Source: Chrysomallon squamiferum
Taxonomy: Eukaryota > Animalia > Mollusca
NCBI GenBank assembly: GCA_012295275.1
Contig: CM022675.1
Span: 16,244,001-16,308,000, forward strand
Length of the DNA stretch: 64,000 nt
Direction of reading: 5' to 3'
Shown here in pieces: positions 1 through 13,241 of the stretch. Below the pieces are notes generated by a model. That model saw nothing but the letters and a program-made list of their open reading frames with translations, was not told the DNA's origin and searched no databases. How positions within the stretch are numbered: position 1 is the first letter of the stretch; the number at the start of each line of letters is the position of its first letter. The position numbers were made by a program, and so were the translations under genes.

Positions 1-362
1 TTACTGTTTCAGTTATTGTGTTTTTTTTCTGTCTTTCAGTTAAATCCAGTCTTTAATTATGTTTCAGTATCACAGGTTTACTGTTTAACGTTTTATCTTT
101 TGTTGTTTGAAATAAATCTAAGGTAATATACTGTTTAAATTACACCAATGTTTTAACAGTTTGAATTACATCTACATCTTTACCTTTTCAATTACATCTA
201 CATCTTTACCTTTTGAATTAAATATATGATAGTTTTACTGTTTGAATTAGGTCTATGACAGTTTTACTATTTTTGTTATACTAAACTCATATATCGCAAT
301 CTCAAAAAACTTAAAAGATACATATTTGTTGTTTTTTTTCCTTTTTCTTAATGCAGTAGACC

Positions 363-458
363 TGTAGGTGACAGGAATATGTTCAGTGTGTGTTTGTAGG
401 TGACAGGAATATGTTCAGTGTGTGTTTGTATGTGACAGGAATATGTTCAGTGTGTGTT
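363..458. repeat. 32-bp tandem repeat, 3 copies
   Basis: tgtaggtgacaggaatatgttcagtgtgtgtt occurs three times in tandem, near-identical. Confidence 0.9.
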
Positions 459-1739
459 GAAATCAAAATGGCACACGCCCTTGGTTTCGTTTGAATGTAT
501 TTATCGTAGTAAGAAATACATTTAAATTTAAGACATTAAACATCAGACTAGGATGATATTTGATGGATTAATGGTTGTGTAATGGGACAACATGCTGTTC
601 AACAAGTCTATCTGTCTGCCATATGTAAAATCAGCTTGATTTTTTAATGTATTATTAGAAATAACAGCGAGGAGATCCCTATTGAATAATAATAATAATA
701 AAAATAATATTAACAATAATAGTAATAATAATAATAATCACAAAAACAACATCATCATCATCAACAACAACAATAATAATAATAATCATTATCATCATCA
801 TAATAACAACATCATCAACAACAACAACAAGAATAATGATAATAGTAATGTATTAGTAATGAAATGACTATAAGATGATAATGATAAAACTAAAACAAAA
901 AATAATAATAATACTAATAATAATGATGATGATGATGATGATGATGATATCAATAATAATAACAGGAGCATCCTATCCATTAGAATATAACATTTGTCTT
1001 CTTCTTTTCTTTTTCATCTTTTTCTTCTTCTTCTTCTTATTATTATTACTTTCACCATCATCATCAACATCATCATCATCATCATCATGTGCATATTTAT
1101 GTATGTATGTATGTATGTATGTATGTATGTATGTATGTATGTATGTATATGTTAGTGTGTGTCTGAGTGTGATGTGTATTAATGTAAGAAAACACATATT
1201 CACATTATATGTTTATCAGTAAAACTAATAAAAAAAAACTTTTTTTGTTATTTTTTTACAGAATACTGAAACATACACCTTTAATGTCTAGTGATTTGTG
1301 TCACATTTCTTAACAATATTTGTTTTGTTTTGTATTTAGTTTTCATAGACGTGGGGGCATATCTGATAAAAGTAATCTGAGGTAACTATATATTCAACCT
1401 CGTTTCACAAACACAGCTCCTTAGACAAACTGTCAGGCTTTTAACATAAAAAAACTGGAAAATATTTTATTTTCCTCTTTTCAACGCCTGGTTTAAAACG
1501 AGTTTTGAATTTGAACGCAAGCTTTATGAGTGCGAAACGGTTGGCTTAATAAATGATTTTGATAATGCAGCTACACAAAAGACTAGGTAGCTGGGACGAA
1601 TGTTTACATCAGTTTAACAACAGATAATTTAATCCCCTCTTAGACTATTTCATTCTGGGAAACAGACAAAGACATCGCTGTTTATAGGGTGATCGTTTTT
1701 CTTGTTTTTTGCTCCAGGCCTATGGCTTTGTATCGTGTT

Positions 1740-2060
1740 CTGTGTATGTTGGTTTGTGTTGTGTTGTGTATGTTATGTTATGTTATGTTGTGTTGTGTTA
1801 TATTATGTTGAGTTGTGTTATGCGTATGTTGCTTTGTGTTGTGTATGTTTTTTGTGTTATGTTGTGGTGTGTTGTGTTATGTTGAGTTGTGTTGTATGGT
1901 CTTGTCTTATGCTGTGTTGTGCTGTGTTGTGTTGTGTATCATCTGTTGTTTTATGCATGTTATGTTGCGTTGTTTTATTTTGTGTTGTATATGTTGTGTT
2001 GTCTTGTGTCGTATTCTATTGTGTTATATATTGCTATGTTATGTAGTGTTGTGGCTTTTA
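1740..2060. repeat. Degenerate pentanucleotide (TGTGT/TGTTA)n low-complexity tract
   Basis: Runs such as gtgttgtgttgtgttatgttatg; these explain the Cys/Val-rich spurious ORFs at 1702-2126. Confidence 0.8.
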
Positions 2061-2431
2061 TGCTGCTGTATATTATCTTTTGATGTGATCTGTCGGGTTT
2101 TATTTAATGTTAGCGCCTTATCATGAACAAGATATGTAATTATTAATTTGTGTGTGCATTCTTTGAAATCTCCTAGCAGAAATACCTGCAACCAAATACA
2201 AAATAACAACTGAGTGTCCTCTTTAAACAAAACAACCCCAAACAAACAAACCAACAAAAAGCATTAAACAATTATCAATAACTAATAAAAAGAAAAATGA
2301 ACAATAACAACAACAAAAACACATAAAAAACACCAACAAAAACCCAAAAGCCACGAAAAAGAATAATTAAAAAAGTTAAATAACAATAAAAAAAAAAACA
2401 TACAAAAAAACACAAAAAAAACAAACAACAA

Positions 2432-2559
2432 ACAAACAGCAGAAGCAAACAGCAGAAGCAAACAGCAGAAACAAACAGCAGAAGCAAACAGCAGAAACAA
2501 ACAGCAGAAACAAACAGCAGAAGCAAACAGCAGAAACAAGCAGCAGAAACAAGCAGCAG
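2432..2559. repeat. 13-bp tandem repeat (aaacagcagaa[g/a]c)n
   Basis: About 9-10 adjacent copies visible. Confidence 0.85.
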
Positions 2560-3672
2560 GTCATGACAACTCTCCTGCAATGTAAAACAACTGTACTGGA
2601 ACATGCGATGAATTAATTTTAGTTTTCTCAGTATGGTTTCGTAATGGAAACAATAAAATCTATTCATTCTGACATTTAATTTTCCCTTTCTTTAACTGAT
2701 GTCAAATTCGTATTTTTTTTTTTTTTTTTTTTTTAAACAGCTTTCTTTCCATAGGGTTTGTACGATTTTCATTTATCACTGGATGTCTGCAGTTTTCTGC
2801 GCATGACTGACGACTAAAAGTGCATTATTCAAACTATTCTCTAATGGAGTGAAAACATTTTCAAAACAGTTCTTGACATGACAAAAACACAAATGTTGCA
2901 GAAAGTGACGCATCATTAAAGTGACAGGGAAGGAAAATAAATAAATAACAAAATATAACGTTACGCATCATTACATATGTAAGTAAGTAAATATACAGTT
3001 TATCATAAATGAATACATAGATATGTGTGTTAATTTATTTATTTATTTATTGTAATTTATATATATAAAGTTAAGAAGAGACAGAAATGAGAAATGTTGT
3101 TTTCGAATTAAACTGATTAATAACTGGAGACTGTTACACAATTTTAAAAACAGAAAATAATTATAAAATGTTTGTGAAAAACTTAGTAGTGTGAATAATT
3201 AAGAATATTGTCTTACAGGTACGTACCTGATATCTGTTGTCATGTGTGTGGGGGGTTACTATGCTGGGGGGTTACTATGCTGTCTAATAATGTATGTAAA
3301 CGATCATAAATGATTTAGATACATAAAATGTAAAACTAACAAATATTTGAACAAAAACCTCCAACAAATTTCAAGTCCTGATCTCTGTGATAGCTGGTAT
3401 AATTTGTTTTGCCTTTGGATTATAAGTAAACAAACAAAGAAATAAATAAGAAATAAATAGATAGGTAGATAGATAGATAGGTAGATAGATGATAGATAGA
3501 TGAGATGGTACGGATCAGTGAATAACAAAACAAACATTTACTGAATATTTGAGTATTTCTGGGATGGTGTAGATTTTTTTCGTTAGTGAACTTTGTGTGT
3601 CAGTTTATGGTTCAGTAACGAAACGCGAACATCTAGTTGATCTGTGAATGTAAAAATCATATTTACTTGTCT

Positions 3673-3786
<114 letters not shown>

Positions 3787-4838
3787 AAATACTATCATCA
3801 TCAACATCATCATTATTATTATCATCATCATCAGTGATCATCATCATTATATAATAAAAACGCACAAATTTAACTTCATCTCAAAATATTTTGCATTTTT
3901 ATATATATTTATATATATTTTTTATAGATTTTATATATATATAATTATATAATTATTACGTGAGGAGTTCTTGTTATCACATAATTGGCTAAATAGCAGT
4001 AATAGTTATTCAATATTATTTTGACAGTGAAGTACAAACAGTAAAGAAATAATTATAAGTGCGTACACACATGCGCCACTACATACGCACACCTACTCAT
4101 AATCGTACATATAAACACGCACACATACATTTGAATAACAACCACATTCATCTGTGTATCAATTAACAAAAAAATTTTTTTTTATTTTATCATTAAATTG
4201 TATACGTTCCTTCAAATTAATAAATATTAATATCTTATATCTCAGAAGAAAAGAAAAGAAGAAAAAAAAAAAAAAGAAGAAAAAAAATTAAGAAAGAAAA
4301 AATAGTTTGTCAGAAAGAAATAATGAAAGAAAAGCATGAAAAGTAAGAAAGAATAAAAAAGAAAGAAAGGAAGAAACGGTACGAAAAATAAAAGAAAGAA
4401 AAAGATAAATAAGAAAAAAATTAAATATTAATGACAAGTATTACCGACACGCCCTAAAATACAAAGGCGGGGTTTATGGATTTTGATTCCACATGATAAA
4501 ACAAAATTCTACTCCGTGATACAGCAATAAATTCAAAGCAGTGTACTGTTGTCCTTGTTAATAATAGTTCACTGACCTACATTTAGTTTATACAGTACAT
4601 ATTAATGCGCTGAACTCCCCCCCCCCCGCCGGATCATGATTTAGGCCCGGATAAAACGAGGCAGACGTGAACAGCTTGTAGACGTCACGTTCAGCACACA
4701 GCGAATTTAGCACCCACTCAGTCACTGGTACACGTCTTTTACTGGGTAACACGTCATCATCGCTGCTACAGTGGTTTATCATCATCAGCAGCTTCATTAT
4801 TTTCAGTCATTATTATTAGTAATACTATTGTATTATCA

Positions 4839-4879
<41 letters not shown>

Positions 4880-5330
4880 GTTGTTGTTGTTGTTGTTATT
4901 ATTATTATTACTGCTGGTGTTGTTGTTATTGTTATTATTATTATTATTATTAATGTGCAAAGTGTGTATATATCTATGCACGTTTTCTTTTATTTATTGA
5001 TAAATATGCAATATTTAAAATTTGTATTTAAAATATATTTTTATCCCTTTTCAAATAATTATACAGTAAAAAATAACATAACACAAAATAAAATGAATGA
5101 CTGAATAAATAAATATCTGAAACTACTAAATATTTTGACATATTATCATTATTAATATTATCATTATTATTTGATATTTGACATATTCAATATTAGTTAC
5201 ACAAAAATTAAAATTAAATAAAAAAGAGTACTTACTGCATAATGATAGCATTAATATATATCTAGAGATTATTTTAAAACAAAGTACAGGTAAGGTATTA
5301 AATAAATATTGTTTTATTTCAGCCAGTGAG

Positions 5331-5779
5331 ATGCAGAAGTCAGCTGTACTGATTATTTTCTGTCTTACAGCATCCACAACGTGTAAGTATACGTTAGCTG
5401 TATACTCTTCATAAAAATTAAGGATCATAAAAATATTATAATTTATGATAACAACAGAATAGTAGAGGTTTGATGAGTAACAATAGAAAACAAACAAATA
5501 AACAAAGGAAAAAGAAACAAATAAATAAACAAACAAGCTAAAAAGCTAACAAACAAACAAACAAACAAACAAATAAATAAATAAATAAATAAATACTTGT
5601 GAGAACAGCAAATTGTCAAATTCACAGACAGAAAAAACACACCACGACTTTTGTTACACAAGCGGATGAACCCTTATTGGAACGAGAAATTATAACAAAG
5701 ACATATACATTATTATATTAAATATTTCGAGACTGAATACTCACATGCTGATGATGAAGAAATCTGATGTGTATGTAAA

Positions 5780-5815
<36 letters not shown>

Positions 5816-6792
5816 GTCTTCCTTCTTTGGGAACACACACACTTTGGGCGGATCCAGTTTTCTGTACACTGACAGAAATTTAAAAAAACTAAATACATTT
5901 TTAAATGTTATTTTTAAATTCTAAATAAAAGTGGCACTTCTCAAATTTGATGGGGGTTCGGACGCCTTGGACCCCCCCCCTCTAGTTCCGCCCAGCGCTC
6001 AGAGAAACAGAAAATCTGATTCACAGCGCTGAGTTTCAAACATGAAAGATGTCACCAGAAAAGAGTCCTCTATTCTATTTGTATTGTTTTAGGTTTGTTG
6101 TTGTTGTTGTTGTTTTATTTTTTTATTATTATTATTATCAGTTATATTCCTGTCCTATTTATTACAATAACATTTGTGTTAAGCCTTTATAACAATTTAA
6201 TTTTTATATCGTATTTGAATATTATTTATTTTTATTTATTTATTTATTTATTTATTTTTAATGCTGGTTTGGGAAAGAAAAGATACTGAACAGTTTTATT
6301 TTACTCTTCAGACGGTGGACCATACAACTGCACCAGGCCAAGTCAACACTGCCCTGCTGGAGCCACGTGCAACACAGACGGCACGTGCCAGTGTCCTCCT
6401 ACACTAGAGGGCGCTGACTGTTCCATTGTGATAGGTGATGCCATACTGTATGCAGTTTCATAACTTAAAAATTAAAAACAAAATACAGTATATATATATG
6501 TATAAATATATAAGTCAGTAAAGTAAGAAGAGTTATTAATAAGATGAATTGTAAAGATTAAAAATAAGTAAATAAATAAATTAATTAATTAATTAAAATA
6601 AAGTATTATTTAAGCAAACAATGAAGTTCTAAGTTTTATAATCGTAGACGACTCACAATCCGAAAAACGAAAAACTTAGAAGACCAATTTTTTTTAAATT
6701 ATCGTTATTTTCATACTTATTTATTTATTTATTAAACGCGTAATAATAATAATAAGAAGAAGAATAACAATAATAATAAGAAGAATACGAAT

Positions 6793-6838
<46 letters not shown>

Positions 6839-8407
6839 CGATCGGAAAAACGAGTCGGTACAGTGTTGAAGAAATGCAGATAAATTATATTAAATGCTAT
6901 TAACCACTAAAGAGCTGATAATACTAATGTTAATATTTCTTTAAACGGCTGCTATTTCAACAGCTGACAAAAACGCGCCTGGCTGCGAGAAAATCACGTG
7001 CAAAAATGGTGGCGTCTGTGTGAAGAAAGCTGGCGGAGTTGGGTGTGCGTGCACCGTGGACTACTACGGAGCAGACTGCTCTCTGAAACGCTGTGAGTAA
7101 ACAACATCGTCAGCGACAACAGCTGACACATTGATTTTAATAATCTTTTCATAGTTTGCTCTCGTAAGTGGTTTCATTCAGTGTCTTATTGGAAGTATCA
7201 GAGATGAATGTGTTGTTTAAAGTAAGATAATAAACAGGTAATTAATTAATTAAGTAAGTAAGTAATAAATAAATAAATAAATAAATATGGACGATGATGA
7301 TGATGATAATTATTATATCTGTTGTTATTGTTGATGTTATTGTTGCTGTATTCGTAATGATGAATGACTGATGATGATAATTATTATAAGTAATAATAAT
7401 GATGATGAAGATGATAACGATAATAAAATCTAAAATATCGGTATCAATAAATAAATAAATAAAAATACCATAAAAGAATCAAACAAAAAAACCCTCCACA
7501 AAACAAACAAACACCATACACTCAGTTGTCTTTGTTTTATTCTTAACAGAACATTTTAAAGAGTTCTGTCACGTGATGTCTGTATGTCTATTATCTGTTC
7601 AACATACGTTTTTTGTTTGCAGACGTAAATGTTTGTTATACACATTCAATGCTTACGTCATCGTGCTGTTTGTTATACACACAATATGCTTACGTCATCG
7701 TGTTAACTGTTTGTTATACACACTCAGTGCTTACGTCATCCTGCTAACTTTGTCATACACACTCAATGCTTACGTCATCGTGCTGTTTCAGACCAACTCG
7801 TGTGTCCTCGCAACGAGATCCTCTTCAACATCAACCCAGTGGGGACCTCTGTTCTTTCGGCATTTATTTATGAGAAACCGTTCCCAGAATGCAGTTCTGT
7901 TCCCATCACAGCCGCTGGTCAGAACGGAGTCCCTGAATCATGGGAAGGTTTAATTTTAAGAATAAATCACAACAGTGAAAAGTGCGGGAAATTAAACCCC
8001 ATCAAGGTAAGAACTGGTTTGATGTAATAAATAGTTTGTAGAAATATTTCTAAATAGTCATATGTTATTCCTGTTTGGACTGAATTAAAACCTCATAAAT
8101 AAATTTTAAAAAACATACGTATATTATATAGTTTGGACTTAAATAATATATATATATATATATATATTTTTATTTTTTTTTTTTTTTCCTGTCTGATGTT
8201 AATTAAAACATATTAAGAAATAACACATATCTTTGTCATATAGTCTGGACTAAGTTAAAAATATGTTTTGATACGTTAAGTAATATGACAAATCTATATC
8301 AAGCAGTAAAAAATATAAAAAATATAAAATTAAAAATCCTGTTTGGACTGAATTAATAACATGAGATATCTTTTTTTCCGACTGAAACAAATAATATAAG
8401 TAACATG

Positions 8408-8453
<46 letters not shown>

Positions 8454-8828
8454 TTATTTTGGTGTTTGAACTGAAACTATGATAAGTAATTTTACTAATT
8501 TACATTAAGGCGGGAGACAAGTATCTGTTCAGGAGAACAATTTTGATAAACTACGACGAAGAAATGATTACCGCGTACGACGACTTCTTCAAAGGGACGT
8601 GTGAAGTGAAAAACACCGTCGTAGTTGTCAGTCATCAGATTGTCGTTAAAGACGAGTGAGTATATGACGTAATTTTATCTTCTAGAATGTTCTTAGTTGT
8701 GTTGTGATCACGGTAAATGATTTTAGAAAGACAAATATAATTTTAGAATGTTCATTATTAATATCACCATCATAATCGACATCATCATCATTATATATAT
8801 GTAAGTATTCATGTGTAAATGTTTCTTT

Positions 8829-8880
<52 letters not shown>

Positions 8881-8979
8881 AGGATTAGGACGACAACACC
8901 TAAAAGCGGAAACATTTCGCCTAGAGCATCATGGCTTTTTCTAGTAGTGTGTCTGACGTCAGCTCTACGTCATGTGTGA
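5331..8979 (+). CDS. EGF-like and ZP-N domain protein (short EGF-ZP family member, probably GPI-anchored), 253 aa, 6 coding exons
   Basis: Exons 5331-5382, 6312-6434, 6964-7092, 7792-8006, 8510-8655, 8883-8979 have GT-AG ends and compatible phases (762 nt). Signal peptide MQKSAVLIIFCLTASTTYG; EGF1 CTRPSQHCPAGATCNTDGTCQCPPTLEGADCS; EGF2 CEKITCKNGGVCVKKAGGVGCACTVDYYGADCSLKR; 4-Cys ZP-N-like domain (VCPRNE..PECSS..EKCG..GTCEV); hydrophobic C-terminus KSGNISPRASWLFLVVCLTSALRHV*. Confidence 0.88.
5845..5994. mobile_element. About 150-bp MITE with GGGCGGATCC-type terminal inverted repeats (PIF/Harbinger-like) in intron 1 of gene 1
   Basis: Left end tgggcggatccag (5845-5857); right end ctagttccgccca (5982-5994, reverse complement tgggcggaactag), preceded by a poly-C run. 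The superfamily assignment is inference. Confidence 0.55.
7630..7790. repeat. About 38-bp imperfect tandem repeat, 4 copies, ending at the exon 4 acceptor of gene 1
   Basis: gtttgttatacacac(a/t)caatgcttacgtcatcgtgct repeated; the last copy runs into gtttcag|acc at 7791/7792. Confidence 0.8.
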
Positions 8980-10672
8980 CGTCACGTAGATTGTGTTCTA
9001 TCAATACCAGTGATACAAACAATGTGTTATGACATTTCACATTTTAGCAGTTTGGCGAGACAATGCAGATTATTATCAGTCTTTTAGAGACGCGACCATA
9101 GTTAATATAAATATTACAAAGCCGAAACAGACATATCATTAGTAACTTGAATTTGCAATTTTCGATTATTTTACTTTACATAACATGAAAGTTCAAAATC
9201 AAACAACTATACTTAAAACTAATTTTGTTATAATAATACATACATATACAAACATAAACACATGATTATTTTTATTGTTTTTTTTGTTTAAACGAATTTA
9301 ATTTTTATTTTATTTTAATTACTACATTTGCGATGAAGTGCTATCGTGTAGCTGATAAAGAAAATTGAAATAGTATATGAAACATCAGAACCTGAAGATT
9401 TAGTCTCTCTGTTGTCACAGTATCGATGACATGAAAATTAATTTTAATTCGTGACTGGACATTTTTTCTGAACACCTAAAATTAAATTATCTAAAACTAT
9501 TGCTATCACGACAACTACTACCATTTTAACAACTACTACTACTACCACTATTACAGAACGACAACTATTACCATTTTAACAACTACTACTACTACCACTA
9601 TTACAGAACGACAACTACTACTATTTGAACAACTACTACTACTATTATTGCTGGTGTCGCTACGTCTATACTACGTCTATACTTATTTTCGTTGTTGCTC
9701 TATTAATACTACTGCTACTAGTAGTACTATTGTTACTGCTACTTCAACAACAACTGCTACTACTACTATTACTACTACTTCTACAACTACTTCTACTACT
9801 GCTACGACTACTGTTACTACACTTCCAGACTACTACTATTATTACTACTATGAATACTACTGTCTGTTAAGACAACCAATATACTTATCTTAAACTTTAA
9901 ATATTATTAAGCTCCGAAATAAATAAAATAATAAATAAATAAATAAATAAATAAACAAACAAACAAAAACAAAACAACAACCAAATAATACTGTTATTAA
10001 CTGAAATAACATCAGCTGATAAACTAGGCTAAATATGGGTATAAACAGATGAAAAGATCCAGTAATGATTTCCAGTTAACCTGATATCTGACGGACTTTT
10101 CAGATGGCTAGAGTTATTCCCCTTCCGCGGTCACATTTATAAATGGTAGATAAGATTAACTGCTTTTACTTTACAAATGACAGTCGGTACAAACAGTTTA
10201 GCTCTCTGGACTATGCTAAGCAGTTTTAAAAGTTGACTGACATTAACTGTTTAAATTCTGCAATAAATTAGATAAAAAAAAAAAATAATAATAAATTAAA
10301 AAAAAACACCAAAAACTGAAACAGTGTAACTACTGAAACAAAGATGGCGAGCTGGGAGAAAGAAGGAAAAAACGAGTGTGTTTATGAAAGCAGAAGTCGG
10401 TGAACTAAAAGTAAAAGAAATCTTTGAAAAGAAGATTTGCTCTGCAAAAATACGACACTAAGAAAACGACAATGTAAAAATAAAATAAAATAAAATAAAA
10501 TAAAATAAAATAAATATAGAAGAAGAAGAAGACGTGGAAGATGGCATAAAAACATCAAAATAGTGAAAGAAGAAGTTGAAAATTTTAATATCTCAGTATT
10601 TTGAAATACTAAAATCAACAAAGAAATTACTACGATAAAGATTTTATTCTATATGATATAAACGATAATTCA

Positions 10673-10714
<42 letters not shown>

Positions 10715-11842
10715 CAACAACAACAATAATAAATAAATAAATTTAACAACAGTAACATAAAACAATAGATTCGTTAAATTTAATTTTTTCATTTTACTAA
10801 TTTTTCCTTAAAATATGTGTTTTATTTAAATATTAAAAAGAATAAATTTAAATATTAATATTTTTTGTTTTTCATTTTACAATGTTTGTGTGTTTGTATC
10901 TAATTTGAGGCAAATGAGGCAAATTCCTCATACCGAGATTGACGATATTTATTTATTTATTTTTCCTTTTTAATATATAAAAGATTTTATTTTAAAAATA
11001 AAAAATTTAAATATATAAATTCGATTATATCTAGGCTTACCGTTTGAAGTCTACCGAAATCGCTGCGATGAAAGACATAACTGACTTCAAAGACATCAGA
11101 CATCAAACAGGTTTATCGAACACGTGATCATTTAACACACTGCATCCTTTTCACACGTTTCAGGCTTAGCCCGGTTGTTGCCCTGGTGTGACGTATGTTG
11201 TCATTTATCCCCTGACTCCTCCCCCACACTGTTTATCTCCTCTCACTTGGCGATTTAGTGTTCTGTCCTGATTTCAAAAAAAGTCGAGTTACGGCCATAT
11301 ATTTGTGTTATTTACTTATTTATGCATTTTTCGCTGCGGTCCTGATTTAGGCGTACCTGCAACGTCATTAAGTTTTTACGTCATTCCTCTAATTTTTGAA
11401 AAAAGTGTCAAAACGAAAGTAAACAAATATATTGTTAGCAGTGTCGAAATATTTAGTAGGTAAATATTGTAATAATTCAAATTACTTTATATCTTTAATT
11501 ACTTAATTATATAAATGAAGTCTTACATATACCTTCCTATCTTGCTTGTAATTTAGTATGTTTACTGAACATAATGTTAATGCCTGGATGTTTTATTCCT
11601 TTAATTAATTTATTTCTTTGTTGTTGTTGTTGTTTTTTTTTGTTTTGTTTTTTTCGTTGTTGCATAAAATATGAGAAATAATTAATAACAGAGATATATA
11701 AATAAAAGAAATAAAATTAAAACGTCTATCTTAGTTTACGGTTTCGTTTGTATCGGATTTCCGACAACAAAAAAGCACACCAACAAATACTTGTAATTAA
11801 TGAAATTAGACACAATTGTAAACAACTATACAACAATAGTAT

Positions 11843-12086
<244 letters not shown>

Positions 12087-12699
12087 GTAGCAGCATATGG
12101 TGACGCAGACAGTTCTATGGACTCAGTAGATTTTCTGTTTTGTTGCTGAACGAAGTTTTTTTTTCATTGATTTTATATACTACAATATATTTTAATTAAA
12201 TATTATGTAACAGATTTCCAATACTTAACGACCCTGACAAAATGCAGGTTTTTTCTATAAAAGCTAAAAACTCAGAATTATAATATTTCTGACGCGCCCC
12301 CCTCCCCCCGGCTTTGTCAGAGAGCGTGACCGTCGCACACGTGCGTGACAACACGCTCTGATTAGCACGTTCACTTTTCATCAAAATAATTCAGTAAAAA
12401 AAAATAATAAATAAATAGATAAATAAATAAATAAATAAATAATAGAAAAAACAAATTACAGTCCTTGTAAAAAAAAAAAAAAAGAGTGAATAAGTAAGTA
12501 ATTTCTCTTGAACGGTTCTTTGCGGTCCTTGTTATTTGTTTATGTGTGTCTTGTACTTGAATGGAAAGCCGATCTTCACGAAAGTCGAGTTTCTGACGCG
12601 AAAATCGGTTTTCCTAGAAGCATTAAGTTTAGAACTTTGTCATGAAATATGTTTTAAAACTAACTGATATGTTTGACGCTTACAGGATTGATATTCACA

Positions 12700-12827
12700 A
12701 TGTTTCGTAAGTTCAGAAACCGAAACAGAGAATCAAGTATGTATAAACTATTTCACCTTTACTGCTACTTTAGTAAATCCACAGAGTGTTTTCATTGAAC
12801 CTTTTTCTTTATTTCAAGTGTAATTTT

Positions 12828-12858
<31 letters not shown>

Positions 12859-13197
12859 TTATTATTATTAATTATTTTTACCTGTTTGGCACAAAATAAT
12901 GAAAAAGCTGACCAATATTTTTGCAAAATTAAATGGAATAAAATATATCATCCAAACAAATTTAGAAATAAAAAGTGTCACGACATTACAAAAAAGAAAA
13001 GCAATCTGTGTTCATTTGGCTACTAAAATGTATAAATAGAAGTACACAGTATACTCTCAAAATACACCTGAATGAATTTCCGTAGTAGTTATACCCCAAA
13101 ATAAAACCATTAAAACAAGTATCTGTTGTTACAGGTTGTAAAATGCATCACGTCGCACGTTTTTTTGTCTTTCTTTGAGCACTTCGTTCTTAATAAA

Positions 13198-13241
<44 letters not shown>

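Noticed and set aside
5713-5898. Short - strand Cys-containing ORF (CTENWIRPKCVC) as an EGF fragment
   Set aside because: It overlaps a MITE end and a poly-A run and lacks EGF Cys spacing.
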